This document shows positions 26,667 to 36,505 of a DNA stretch of 54,663 nucleotides, piece after piece. The DNA is from a virus. Its lineage: Duplodnaviria; Caudoviricetes. The position numbers and the translations under genes are program-made. The first letter of the stretch is position 1. Each line of letters begins with the position of its first letter. Where the stretch lies: positions 1 through 54,663 of IMG/VR virus record IMGVR_UViG_3300048792_000052. The stretch is one strand, 5' to 3'. Under the pieces are notes generated by a model. That model did no database searches. It had not been told where the DNA came from and worked only from the letters and a program-made list of their open reading frames with translations.

Positions 26667-29648
26667 CTATCGGTACGTCATTCCCGTCACGACCGTTGTT
26701 GTCGCCCCATCAAGCATAATACTTACCGAATTCACCGTGACCGTGTTGAGCGTGCTTGCAGCCGAGGGATTCCATTTAACCTGGAATGATTGCGGCTGCG
26801 TGCTGTCTACGGTTGAAAGGTTGCCCGTCCGGTTCCCGGTGGTAGTTCCCCACATAGTTACTAGGTTGCTGATCTGGTTATTGGTCGTGCCTGAAGCGTT
26901 GGACATTTGGAATGTTTCCGTGAAGGCTTGCGGAGTGGTGCTTGTGGTTATGGCGGCGATGGTGGTATTGCCCGCGATTTCGACACCACCGAAGTAAACT
27001 CCTGCTATAAGGTTTTGCGCCGTGGAACTCGTGTTTAGATAGGTTCCGTTAATTTGAACTCTCAACACTTGCCCAGCGTTGCCGAGCGTGTTGCCGGGGA
27101 TCGTGGTCGAAACCACTGCGGTAGGACTCGTGGTATTGGTGATTGTGGTCACCGTGGTTGTCGCGAATATCTGCGCCGAGTAGGTGAGTGTTGTCGTTGT
27201 GAGGGTGAAGGTGTCGGGGACGGTAAAGGCAACGGTACTTGAACCGCCCGAAGTGGACGTGCTTATCGACGGGGTGCCGGTGGTGGTCGTGGCTATCGTA
27301 AAGTTGAAGGGTGCGGGTACTCCTCCTATGGTCGCGGTAGCCGGTGCGGAAGTAATGAATCCTAAACCCGCAACTTGGGTCTGGAGGGTGGAGGTCGAAA
27401 GCGATATGGTTTGGTTTGACGAAAGTGCGCCTCCGCCGGAGAGTATGCCTCCACTATTTATCTGCGTCGTGTCAAGCGCAACAGGAACCCCACTTTGCGA
27501 GAGCGTGCCGGAGGCATTGATGTTGCCGTTCGCATAATAATCACCCTGCCAGTCCGTGAGGTTTTCAATGGTGGCTCCCACGATGTTTGCCTGTTGCACG
27601 TCTTGTGGGTTTCCGAGACCGTTCACGATATACGCTACGCCTGCGGAGGTCGAGGAGGGAACCTGGAGATTTTCGATGGAAGTCCTTGCGAAAGCATAGT
27701 TGTCGCAAAGAAGATTCGCCGTCGTTGTTGCTGCGCTCAGTTTTGCTGCGCTCACGTCGTCAAGATCTAGGTCTGCACGGTTATCAAAATAGCATGGAGC
27801 GGTATTTGCTATCGTCGAACCATCTTGCAGGAATTGGCTATCCAAAATGCCTATGAAATTATTATTGACGGTTGAACTCGCGTTGACCACGAAGGGATAG
27901 GGTGTGAACGAACTGCTTGCTATGGCATCGGAATTCTCTTGGTGAGTGCCAATCATGTGGGTGTCGTCTTCTGCCGCACCGCTCGTGCTGTTTTGCGCGT
28001 ATTGGCAGTTATCGAAGCTCACACCAAACATATTGATATCCATGTAGTTCCCACTATCGTTGTCCGCGCAATTTGTGGCCGTGTATGCGTCAAAAATAGT
28101 GTCGTCAATCAAGTTGTCATTCTCGCCGGAGTTCGATGTCCCGTTCCAGAGAAGATCTTGCGTGTTCTTGAAGACATTGGTGTTCATCAGCGTATCCCGA
28201 TAGGCGTTCGACCCAAACGTCACTCCAACATTGTAATGTTCCACCGCGCTATTCTCTACAGCTACTCCCGGCGACAAGATGCTAATCCCAACAGTGCTCG
28301 TCGTGCCGAGCGGCGCAAATGGTGCCTTATAAAAACATCCCCATGTACCGAGACCTGTAAGAATTCCTAAATTGTTTCCAACGTTAAAATTCAGAGCGGT
28401 ACCCGTGCTGGCTTGAAAGTTGAGTTGTGTTCCCGGAGGACACGAGATACTCGCCGGAACCCCGCTCGAAGCGATGACAATCGGCGTAAAATCATTCCAC
28501 ACATTCGTAGAAACCCCTATGCCCACGCCAGTCGCGGACGAGCTCGCGTAGGCCGAGTTTATTTTCGCGCTCATGTCCGAACCCGAAAACTGATCGGCGT
28601 ACAGAGTCGATTCAAAATCTTGAGCGCTCGTTGTTCCTAGCGCAAACGTCTGAGAAGCGATCCACGTATTTGCCGTCGAGGTCGAAACATTCGAAGTGCC
28701 GTATCCTTTCGGATTGCTGGCAAGGTAAAACGTCGAGGAACTGACGCCCTGCCAGGGGCCGGACCAGTTGCCGCTCGTGATTATGGAAAAGGTCGTCGTG
28801 GCTCCCGATACGGTCGAGGTGACCGTCGTACCGTCGCCCACGATATAGAAGGTGAGCGAAGGATTGCCGTTGATGGTCGTCGTCGCGAACTGGACAACGC
28901 CGAGGGATGACGACGTGATGGTTACGGTTCCCGTCGCCCCATTCAGGCTCGACACATACTGCGTGGAAGACGCCAAGAAGTTCGAAGGGCCGATGACCCC
29001 AAGCGAGGATGAGGTTATGGTGACCGCTCCATTCGAGGCATTTACGGACGAAACATAGAGCGTGCTCGATGTAAGGTAATCCGTCTTGCTGAAGGTTGCA
29101 ATCGAACCCAAACCGAGGTTGAGCCGCGCGGCTGAGGTCGAGGCAACATCCGAAAGATTGTTCGCCACGAGCAAGGCGCCGTTCAGCGACGTAAGACAGG
29201 ACGGGCAAGAGAACGCGCCAGTCGAGCTGTTATACGTGAGCGGTGAAGCGGCCGAAAGGAGCTGGAGCACTTTGGCGGTTGAGAGTGAAACTTGAATGGT
29301 CGATGTTCCCGGATTCGTCACACTGACGTACGTCCCGTCCCCTACGATTGAAAAACTGTTCGCGGCTACTGCAACCGGAAGAATCTGAACGGTTGATGTC
29401 GTCTGCGGCGGAACGTTGATGGTAATTGCTCCGCTCGAAGTGGCTACCGAGCAATTCCCGGTACAAAGAAGATAGGCCGGACCGTACGTTCCAACGTTCG
29501 TCCCGATGGGCACTTGCCCCGCCAGTGGAGTGGTGGATGTTCCCGTTCCGCCCAAGCCCGTGGGAAACGGCGCCGCAAACGAAACGCCAGCCAGTTGCAA
29601 GGCGATGGCGACTCCGAAAGCGATAGCGATGGTTCGAAACGTTTTCAT
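26667..29648 (-). CDS. Large Ser/Thr-rich tailspike/adhesin-like protein with signal peptide and beta-helix-like core
   Basis: MKTFRTIAIAFGVAIALQLAGVSFA; NNLSDV..AARLNLGLG and VSS.N...G.VTITSSSLGV repeats; Asn-rich beta-helix-like centre; ATGA overlap fixes the start at 29648. Confidence 0.7.
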   Translation of the reverse strand: MKTFRTIAIAFGVAIALQLAGVSFAAPFPTGLGGTGTSTTPLAGQVPIGTNVGTYGPAYLLCTGNCSVATSSGAITINVPPQTTSTVQILPVAVAANSFSIVGDGTYVSVTNPGTSTIQVSLSTAKVLQLLSAASPLTYNSSTGAFSCPSCLTSLNGALLVANNLSDVASTSAARLNLGLGSIATFSKTDYLTSSTLYVSSVNASNGAVTITSSSLGVIGPSNFLASSTQYVSSLNGATGTVTITSSSLGVVQFATTTINGNPSLTFYIVGDGTTVTSTVSGATTTFSIITSGNWSGPWQGVSSSTFYLASNPKGYGTSNVSTSTANTWIASQTFALGTTSAQDFESTLYADQFSGSDMSAKINSAYASSSATGVGIGVSTNVWNDFTPIVIASSGVPASISCPPGTQLNFQASTGTALNFNVGNNLGILTGLGTWGCFYKAPFAPLGTTSTVGISILSPGVAVENSAVEHYNVGVTFGSNAYRDTLMNTNVFKNTQDLLWNGTSNSGENDNLIDDTIFDAYTATNCADNDSGNYMDINMFGVSFDNCQYAQNSTSGAAEDDTHMIGTHQENSDAIASSSFTPYPFVVNASSTVNNNFIGILDSQFLQDGSTIANTAPCYFDNRADLDLDDVSAAKLSAATTTANLLCDNYAFARTSIENLQVPSSTSAGVAYIVNGLGNPQDVQQANIVGATIENLTDWQGDYYANGNINASGTLSQSGVPVALDTTQINSGGILSGGGALSSNQTISLSTSTLQTQVAGLGFITSAPATATIGGVPAPFNFTIATTTTGTPSISTSTSGGSSTVAFTVPDTFTLTTTTLTYSAQIFATTTVTTITNTTSPTAVVSTTIPGNTLGNAGQVLRVQINGTYLNTSSTAQNLIAGVYFGGVEIAGNTTIAAITTSTTPQAFTETFQMSNASGTTNNQISNLVTMWGTTTGNRTGNLSTVDSTQPQSFQVKWNPSAASTLNTVTVNSVSIMLDGATTTVVTGMTYR

Positions 29649-30223
29649 TGGTACTGACAAATGTGGGGTTGACCTGCGAGTTCGACAACGGGGGGTGTTA
29701 CATAGGTAATGGTAGTGCCTGAGAACGTGTAGTCAATACCCTGAAGCTGTGGCTGGCGGGCGAGCGATAGCTGAAGCGAGTTTGGGTCGAAGGGTGCAAT
29801 CGAACCATTGAGCGTGAAAGTTACGTTGCTGCCGTCGATCGCGCCGTTCACCGTAACCAGGCGCCACGGCTTCTGGAGATTATTGCTGATATCCGCAATC
29901 ATCTTGGCCGTGATGCCGAGCATCAGGGAATAGGTCTTGCTGGGCGTGTTCTTGGCCGATGCCGTTGTGCCTTCCTGCGCCGTGCGGGAGGTGCCGTTGT
30001 TTGCCAGGGTGATGACATTCCCCACAACCGAGATGACGCGGTCAATCTCTACATCCGGATCTTTGTCGGGACTTGGGTAGTCGGTCGAGTTCCAATAAAT
30101 GACGTTGAATGGAGCCGCGGGCAGCGTAGCCCCGCCGGACTCGACGCCGATCACGTACGCGTTCTCATCGTAGCCCTCGCTTACCGTCAGATTTATGAAG
30201 TTGGCTACGCCATCGAGTGTCAT
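29645..30223 (-). CDS. Hypothetical virion protein
   Basis: EI..V..V.GN.IT...RTAQEGTTA, G.IDGSN.TFTL, GIDYTFSGTTITY. Confidence 0.65.
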   Translation of the reverse strand: MTLDGVANFINLTVSEGYDENAYVIGVESGGATLPAAPFNVIYWNSTDYPSPDKDPDVEIDRVISVVGNVITLANNGTSRTAQEGTTASAKNTPSKTYSLMLGITAKMIADISNNLQKPWRLVTVNGAIDGSNVTFTLNGSIAPFDPNSLQLSLARQPQLQGIDYTFSGTTITYVTPPVVELAGQPHICQYQ

Positions 30224-30270
30224 TTGCTTTAACAGTAAAGAGGATTAGTGATTTGCGCCATGTTGATAAC

Positions 30271-32604
30271 TTAGATTGCAATATCTTGCGGGCGGATGAA
30301 ACAAGCGCAGAGCGGATGAAGAGGCGGAAAACCAACGTCACCGTAATCGAGCGACATGGTCTTTGCGTTGTCGCCATCTCCCGCCGTTATCGAATCGCCG
30401 TTCTTGAAGAAGACGTCGTCAATCGGAATGGTCTTGCCGTTCATGGATTCGCAAAACTGGCAGACGTTATCCAGGTCGCTTGTGTACCACCGGACCGTCT
30501 TCACGACGCCGGACTGCTTCCACGCTTCCTTGAGCGCACTGTTGGCCGTGCGGAAAGATTCAGTCTTTGCCACGGTCGCCGCGCGGGACGTGTCGCTCCA
30601 TTCGTAAATCTGCTCAACGCGTTTTGAAATATCTGCTAGCGATTCCCCGGCCTGGATGCCTTCGTTGATGTGCGTTTCAAGAGCCTCCAACGTGGTTTGG
30701 TTGTAGCTTTCGGACATCATCTGGACGGACTGCTTCACCGCCGCGCGGGTGGTTTCGTTAAACGGATTCAGGTCCGGCTTGCCGATCTCCGCTGCCGCTG
30801 CGAGGGCTTGATGCTCAAACAAAGTTTCCATCGTGGGCGTGAGCGCGCTCGTGGTAATTGAAATCCAGTTGTCGAGATTGAACAACTTGGAAGGGTCGAT
30901 GCCTTTCGTGGCATTCGGCAGATTGGCAAGGACTTCCTTTTTCTGCTCGGCGTTCAGCTTCTGGATTGTCTCGGTAATCTCCTTTTCCGCCGCGTGGGTG
31001 TACTCGCTGAACTCTTTCCAGACCGCTTCATCTTTTTCCTTCGATGATTCGAATGCTTTGGTCGCGAGCTTTTCCTTCAACGCATCGGCGATTTTCTTTG
31101 CGAGATTCCCGCCCAACTCCTGGCGCTGCTTGGCGCGGGTGCGTAGCTTAGTCCTGATAGGCCGGAAGGCAACGCGCATGCCATTCGCGGCTTTCATTGT
31201 TTTATTCGCATCACTTTGGGCTGGTCCGTTGGCTTCGGGGTCGACGTCGCCGTTGCCGCCCGGCGCCGCTTCGCCTACCGGAGCCATGGCGGTCGGGTGC
31301 ATGAGCACATCGCCTCCGTCGATCGGCCCCAGGCCCATGAAGTTTTCGCGAGCTTCGTTGATCGTAAGCACGGGCTGGCTGCCGACGGATGCTTGCATCT
31401 CGGTCGTGCGTGCGGCGCGGTCCTCTGCCACGGGGTCGATGAACGTGATGTACAAATCATCCCCGTAGCGCGGAATCAATTTCTCGTTCAAATATCCACA
31501 GATGAGCTGCATGTGCGGCTTGACAACACGCTTTGAAAATACGTAGTCTGCTGTCTCCGCGGTTGCCCTGTTGGTGTCTGATTCGGCGGTGCCTAAAATA
31601 GTTTTCGAAATACCGAATAGCATAAGAATTCGGTCGCGCATGACGAGCGACAGATTCTTGAAGTCCATATCCTTCGGCGTTGCTCCAGCTCCGACCCACT
31701 TCACTCCCTTGGGCAAGACGGCGATGCGGTTCATATTCTCGATGCCGCCGTGCATATCCATGAAGCTGATCTTCAGAGATTCAATCTGGGTTTCAGCAAC
31801 TGCTTCGCTCTCAAGGAAGCCGGCCGGCCGCGCTCCGTTCATGAAGAACTTACGGTTGAACTCCATCGCATAGTTATCGTTGTCGATGTACTCCGCGCCG
31901 GATTGTACGATGCCTTTGCCTTCGTACTGATTGCCAGGGTCGGGCAAACGGAAGTGGATGATGCACGCGGGACTAAAGATGATAGTGCGCGTTTCTATCC
32001 GCATCTTGTAGCCCGTGATTTTGAAGGGGAACTGCGAGCGGTCAACCATGACGTTTGTCCTGGTTGGGTCGAGGAGATAGATGGCGTCGGGTTTCGTCAG
32101 CTCGTCCTTAACGGGATTGCCTGCCTTGTCCGTCAAAAGCCAGTAGCAATTGCCGACAAGGTTCAGATGGGCGGAGGTCAGGTACTTCAGCTCGGAGCCA
32201 ATCATGTCCGAGTTCACGCTGTCCAAAAGGTCAAGCGCGGCATGTTCGGTCTGTTCCTCTCGGTCCTTGCCGCTCTCTTGGAACAAACGGAAGTCGGTAT
32301 TCTGCACCTCGCGGCCAATCGCATTCACCGCAGCATAGACATACCCTTTGTTGTTTGCCATCGCCCGTTCGGGGTCGATGTGATTCGCGCCCGGCCGTTC
32401 GATGACGAACTGGTTGCCTGATTCGATCTCGCTGAACTTCCCTCCAACGCCCTTCACCACTCCGTAGCGGGTCATTTTCACGCCGCCCTGCTCCTGGGAA
32501 TACAACTCCGGTTCAATGCGGGATGCGAACGGATTCAGACGCTTAAAGGCGCTGCGGATGGACCAGCTTGGCTTTTGTTTGGCGTTGAGGGTGGGCGATG
32601 CCAT
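30271..32604 (-). CDS. HK97-family portal protein fused to a Mu gpF-like minor head domain
   Basis: VYAAVNAI, L.GNCYW, FFMNGARPAG, LTINEARE; C-terminal RA.TVA.TE, CQFC..M.GK, PPLHPLCAC; start MASPT overlaps the upstream TAA. Confidence 0.9.
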   Translation of the reverse strand: MASPTLNAKQKPSWSIRSAFKRLNPFASRIEPELYSQEQGGVKMTRYGVVKGVGGKFSEIESGNQFVIERPGANHIDPERAMANNKGYVYAAVNAIGREVQNTDFRLFQESGKDREEQTEHAALDLLDSVNSDMIGSELKYLTSAHLNLVGNCYWLLTDKAGNPVKDELTKPDAIYLLDPTRTNVMVDRSQFPFKITGYKMRIETRTIIFSPACIIHFRLPDPGNQYEGKGIVQSGAEYIDNDNYAMEFNRKFFMNGARPAGFLESEAVAETQIESLKISFMDMHGGIENMNRIAVLPKGVKWVGAGATPKDMDFKNLSLVMRDRILMLFGISKTILGTAESDTNRATAETADYVFSKRVVKPHMQLICGYLNEKLIPRYGDDLYITFIDPVAEDRAARTTEMQASVGSQPVLTINEARENFMGLGPIDGGDVLMHPTAMAPVGEAAPGGNGDVDPEANGPAQSDANKTMKAANGMRVAFRPIRTKLRTRAKQRQELGGNLAKKIADALKEKLATKAFESSKEKDEAVWKEFSEYTHAAEKEITETIQKLNAEQKKEVLANLPNATKGIDPSKLFNLDNWISITTSALTPTMETLFEHQALAAAAEIGKPDLNPFNETTRAAVKQSVQMMSESYNQTTLEALETHINEGIQAGESLADISKRVEQIYEWSDTSRAATVAKTESFRTANSALKEAWKQSGVVKTVRWYTSDLDNVCQFCESMNGKTIPIDDVFFKNGDSITAGDGDNAKTMSLDYGDVGFPPLHPLCACFIRPQDIAI

Positions 32605-33011
32605 TACGCGGGCATGATGTTTCCGTCCTTTATTTCGAAAGCGATTGTCGGCGCGTCGTACCGTCCAACCCCGCGCGAATAGGCGCACGCCAAAGGCTTT
32701 ACAATGGTGAGCGGCTCTATGCTCACAATCCTGTGGTCTTTCGTGGTCGCTATTGGCTGACTGCAATGCGGGCAGTTCATCACGATTGCATCGTAGTCGG
32801 GCCACACGATTTCAATCGTTTCCTTGAGGGCAGTTTTCTTGCCGAACATGCCCCACAAGAGAAGGCGGAAGAAACCCTGCGGCGGCTGTAAGCGCTGGAT
32901 ATCAAACGTGCGAATTGGCTCGCGCTTGGCGATGAAGCAATAATCCCCTGGCTGGAGCAGGTCGGCTGAAAAGGGAACGCGGCGGACTTGGAGGGTTTGG
33001 AGGGCTTCCAT
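32604..33011 (-). CDS. Hypothetical Cys-containing protein between terminase and portal
   Basis: NCPHC...PLTI.KPLAC...FEIKDG; translational coupling to portal (TAATG). Confidence 0.6.
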   Translation of the reverse strand: MEALQTLQVRRVPFSADLLQPGDYCFIAKREPIRTFDIQRLQPPQGFFRLLLWGMFGKKTALKETIEIVWPDYDAIVMNCPHCSQPIATTKDHRIVSIEPLTIVKPLACAYSRGVGRYDAPTIAFEIKDGNIMPA

Positions 33012-33112
33012 GTGCTTTGAATTCTAGAGGTTCGGCGGGATTTGGCAATTGACCCCTATGCACAGGGAAAGAAATCCGGTAGAATGTTGCGATCCAAGGA
33101 AGGAACCAAGCT

Positions 33113-33526
33113 ATGGGACGATACATCGGTTTAATCGGAGCGTGTTTGTGTTTTTTGCTCGACGGATGTTCTGCGGGCGGGAACTCTGTAAGCAATGCGT
33201 TTGACTTCTCCAGCCCGTCTAGCGTCGTTAAAAAGCTCTTCGAAACGTGTAATGCTGGTGAGTACTCTAAAGCTAAGGATCTGTATACGACAAGCCTCCA
33301 AAAAACCATAGATGGGGAACTCGGTGCTATGGCTGGCGGTATGAAGGGTCTCTGCGACAGTTCCACGAGAAACGGAACTATGACGAGCATTGAAATCAAG
33401 AGCGAAGAAAAGAGGGGAGAAGGGGCAATAGTTGTTGCGAACATTCATTTTAAGGACAACAGCACAAACGAAGGAGATCAAACTGAGTTGATTAAAGAGA
33501 ATGGCGTTTGGAGGGTGGCCAAGTAA
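33113..33526 (+). CDS. Moron: lipoprotein, DUF4878/NTF2-like
   Basis: LLDGC lipobox-like; SPSSVVKKLF...GEYSKA; A.V...I.FKD; LIKENGVWRV; AGGA SD and own TAGAAT. Confidence 0.75.
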   Translation: MGRYIGLIGACLCFLLDGCSAGGNSVSNAFDFSSPSSVVKKLFETCNAGEYSKAKDLYTTSLQKTIDGELGAMAGGMKGLCDSSTRNGTMTSIEIKSEEKRGEGAIVVANIHFKDNSTNEGDQTELIKENGVWRVAK

Positions 33527-33527
33527 C

Positions 33528-34973
33528 TCAAGCATCAATCCAATGGATCTTCGGCAGCTCCAAGCCCTGCTCGATCAAGCCTTGAAGCAACGTGGTCAGC
33601 CCGTCGCAGAGGTCATCATGCGACTCCACGCCAAGATTGAAAATCTGCCCGAGCAACTGTTCGCACCCCGTCCGTGGGAACAGCACGGTTCCGTTCTTGA
33701 TGAGCGGCGCGACGACCTGTAGCCTGCTCCGCTTATCCGTTGTCGGGCGCATGGGAACGACCGGGAGCATCATGCGCTCCATCTCCTGTATCGCCGCTTT
33801 TTGGTATGCCACGTCCTCAACAAAGAAAATGTGCGAACCCTTGCGTTCGCCCGGCACGTTCCGGAGATAGACCATGAAGTCGTGGAACGTGACGTGTTCG
33901 TTGTACGGGTCAGGGAGGATGTAGATCTTCGGCGCTCCATCGAGATAGTGCACATCGCCTTCGACGTCCGTCGTGTAGTCCGCGCCTTCCTTTTGTGAGA
34001 TAGCCAGGTCAACCCCGTGGCCTTTCATCGCTGCTATGCCGGTGGGGCGTTCGTCGTAGTAATGGATATCCTCGGGCTTGATGATGGCTTCGTCGTCCGC
34101 CACAATCTTCAGCAGCATTTCCCGCTGCCACGCGATCGCGCCCATGTCACGTTCTTTGTCCTTGAGGGATTGCGCGGTGGGGTACATCGCGGGCCAGGTG
34201 CAGATGCCCTTGGAATCAATCAGAGGGAACTCAAGGACTTTGAATCCCGTGCCTGGGGCTTTCAAACGGGAAAGCAATGCGTCCATGTGCAAGAGGTTGC
34301 CGATGACAACCAGCTTGCCTTTGCGGGCGTCCATACCCGGCATAATTTCTGAATGGAGCCAGCGGTCGGTTTTATCCCTGTTCTCTTTGGTGCGAATCCA
34401 CTCCCCGTCCTCCGGGTCGTCGATCACTACCAACTTGGGCCGGTGTTGGAGATGACGGAGGCCGCGAACCTTCTGCCCACGGCTCCGCGCAAGGATGCGG
34501 ACGCCGTTCGAAAGAACGATGTTCTGCTTTTGCCACTCTTCCCCTTCGCCCTTCAGAGCAAAGTCTTCAATGACGTTGCCTTTGATTTCTCCATAGTCCT
34601 GTTTGATAAGGGCGTTGGTTTCGAGCTCATGCTTGATGGCGCTGATGTTGAGCGTCGCCTGGCGGCTGGAATCGGCTACCAAGATGATGAAGGGGTACTG
34701 CTCCGGATGTTCGAGTGCAGCCCACAAGGGCAACGCAAGTGAGCCAAGGGTGCTTTTGCCCGAACCGCGGAAGCCGATGATGAGCAAGCGGCGGTCGTCG
34801 TCGCTTTCTAACGCATGGATGAGTTCAGAGTGGAATGAGGCAGGCGGGTCGGTGAAATATCCGGTGAGATAGACAAGCGAAAAGCCCAAGAGCGTTTTTG
34901 CGCTCTCGCGGCGGCCGTCATACGAATCGAATGGGGAATCAAGAAGCTGGAGGGAGTTCGGTTGTTCGGACAT
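33528..34973 (-). CDS. terL: Terminase large subunit
   Basis: GFRGSGKST Walker A, RGLRH..RP.LVVIDDPED Walker B, IGNLLH.D.L, GVDLAIS, DYT, HDDLCD. Confidence 0.93.
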   Translation of the reverse strand: MSEQPNSLQLLDSPFDSYDGRRESAKTLLGFSLVYLTGYFTDPPASFHSELIHALESDDDRRLLIIGFRGSGKSTLGSLALPLWAALEHPEQYPFIILVADSSRQATLNISAIKHELETNALIKQDYGEIKGNVIEDFALKGEGEEWQKQNIVLSNGVRILARSRGQKVRGLRHLQHRPKLVVIDDPEDGEWIRTKENRDKTDRWLHSEIMPGMDARKGKLVVIGNLLHMDALLSRLKAPGTGFKVLEFPLIDSKGICTWPAMYPTAQSLKDKERDMGAIAWQREMLLKIVADDEAIIKPEDIHYYDERPTGIAAMKGHGVDLAISQKEGADYTTDVEGDVHYLDGAPKIYILPDPYNEHVTFHDFMVYLRNVPGERKGSHIFFVEDVAYQKAAIQEMERMMLPVVPMRPTTDKRSRLQVVAPLIKNGTVLFPRTGCEQLLGQIFNLGVESHDDLCDGLTTLLQGLIEQGLELPKIHWIDA

Positions 34974-35460
34974 CCTCCTTCGGAGCTTCTAAAAGCCCCC
35001 AGTTTTGGAAAACGGAACGGATGGCTTGCTTGCGTTCTTCTGGTAGCGGAGTATTGCGGATCACCGCATCGAGCGTTCCTAGCTTGCGCTCAAAAACGCC
35101 GGCGTCGAAGAGTTTTTCGAACATGTCCTTATGCGCCTCGCGTATCTCGCGGAGTGCCATTACCCTATCCTGCTTGCGGGCGAATTCGTCGTTCGCAATG
35201 GACCACGCGACGGCCGAGATTTCCATCATCACGTCCTGGAAGGATGAAAGGGCGTAATTGAGGGTGAGCGTGTTCAAGCGCTTCACTCGCTCCACCTGGA
35301 TGCTCTTGAGAAGCGATGCGACGTACCAGCGGTCAAGTGCCAGGCCATCGTCTTTGAGGCGTTCTGTAAGCGCTACCTGCGTAATCTGTGGGTGCTGGGC
35401 GATGATGCTACGGATACGGGACTTGTAGTATTGCTTCTTCTCTTGCGTTATCTTCGGCAT
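34939..35460 (-). CDS. Putative terminase small subunit
   Basis: Helical/HTH-like 173 aa overlapping the terL start. Confidence 0.6.
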   Translation of the reverse strand: MPKITQEKKQYYKSRIRSIIAQHPQITQVALTERLKDDGLALDRWYVASLLKSIQVERVKRLNTLTLNYALSSFQDVMMEISAVAWSIANDEFARKQDRVMALREIREAHKDMFEKLFDAGVFERKLGTLDAVIRNTPLPEERKQAIRSVFQNWGLLEAPKEDVRTTELPPAS

Positions 35461-35530
35461 GAACGTGAGGATTCGTGGGTTTCAATAACCATACAACAAT
35501 CGGGTAAACTAGGGAAGCAAAGGCGATAAT

Positions 35531-35863
35531 ATGCACCCAGAAACCGAGAAACGAGTTGAACATCTGAGGAGTCGAATTGCGACGGCTACAAAAGAGCTGG
35601 ATGAAGCAAAGGCGCGATTTGGCTCTAACTCAGATGAATACCTGCACGCAAGGATTAGGCAGGCAGAGTTCTGGCTCGGAGATTTGGAAACGCTTTTTAT
35701 TGCGATGGTTATTGAAAAGCGCAGTCCACCCAAGACCCTTAGTGAAGAGTTGTGGATTCTACAAACGGCGGAAACAGACCTTGCCAACATAACTACGCCG
35801 CTCGTAAAACAGATTTCCCAATGGTCAACAACCTACGGCGATAAGTTTCAGGCAATCGGCTGA
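35531..35863 (+). CDS. Moron: hypothetical helical protein
   Basis: 110-aa ORF on the opposite strand. Confidence 0.55.
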   Translation: MHPETEKRVEHLRSRIATATKELDEAKARFGSNSDEYLHARIRQAEFWLGDLETLFIAMVIEKRSPPKTLSEELWILQTAETDLANITTPLVKQISQWSTTYGDKFQAIG

Positions 35864-36039
35864 CGAGACAGTTCCTTCAATAGCACCGATAACTTCTTGA
35901 TGTCCTCTGCCTCGCCGACAAGCTCTATCCTCGCCTTGAGGTGGTGCGCTTTCGACAAGTCCCCGTCCTCATGCAAGGCCTTCTCCAGCTCTTTCTGGCT
36001 GACCGCCGGGCCGAATTTTATGGTGTAGCGTTCGATCAT
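35848..36039 (-). CDS. Hypothetical protein
   Basis: 63-aa ORF; ATGA coupling to the upstream ORF. Confidence 0.5.
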   Translation of the reverse strand: MIERYTIKFGPAVSQKELEKALHEDGDLSKAHHLKARIELVGEAEDIKKLSVLLKELSRQPIA

Positions 36040-36206
36040 GTTCCAAGGGGAGTGCCGTCAATTATGTATGCAAAAATCTGTTCTTCGCTTCTCATCACTT
36101 CGTCCACGCGGTAAAAGGTCTTGCCCTGCCGCGTCACGAGGGGGTTTTCCCGATCCACACGATGTCCGCGCAATTCCAAAGCGTCGAGTGCTTCCTGGAT
36201 GTTCAT
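36036..36206 (-). CDS. Hypothetical protein (56 aa)
   Basis: Own translation: MNIQEALDALELRGHRVDRENPLVTRQGKTFYRVDEVMRSEEQIFAYIIDGTPLGT. Confidence 0.5.
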   Translation of the reverse strand: MNIQEALDALELRGHRVDRENPLVTRQGKTFYRVDEVMRSEEQIFAYIIDGTPLGT

Positions 36207-36271
36207 GCTTGGACATAATAACAGGCCTGAATAGCTCCGGCATTGAGCGCAAGGGCTACCCGGCCTGAAAA

Positions 36272-36478
36272 CTACGCTGCTTCCTCGGCTGGCTCGTCCG
36301 TCTTTTCCTCCGGCGCTACCTCCTTTTCCTCAGCGCCGTCGCGGTTTTCCGCAATCTCCTCGGTGGATTCCGGCTTCGCTTCCTCTACCTTTTCCTCCGG
36401 CTTGGTTTCCTCGGCCGGGGTCTGACCCTTGAACGCTATGCCTCCGTTCGGATGAGCTACAAAATGGTTATCTTCCAT
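36272..36478 (-). CDS. Small acidic low-complexity protein
   Basis: E/K/P/A-rich 68 aa; AGGTCG leader motif. Confidence 0.55.
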   Translation of the reverse strand: MEDNHFVAHPNGGIAFKGQTPAEETKPEEKVEEAKPESTEEIAENRDGAEEKEVAPEEKTDEPAEEAA

Positions 36479-36505
36479 GTGTGTGATTGTGATTTGAAAC
36501 GACCT

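Noticed and set aside
32605-32805. N-terminal extensions in the ORF track for portal (also protease 24345-24428 and ATPase 52076-52264)
   Set aside because: They overlap upstream genes or an inverted repeat; better starts exist with stop-start coupling or an SD.
35054-35069. TTGCGGATCACCGCAT as a further palindrome site
   Set aside because: Three mismatches to the consensus; could be chance.
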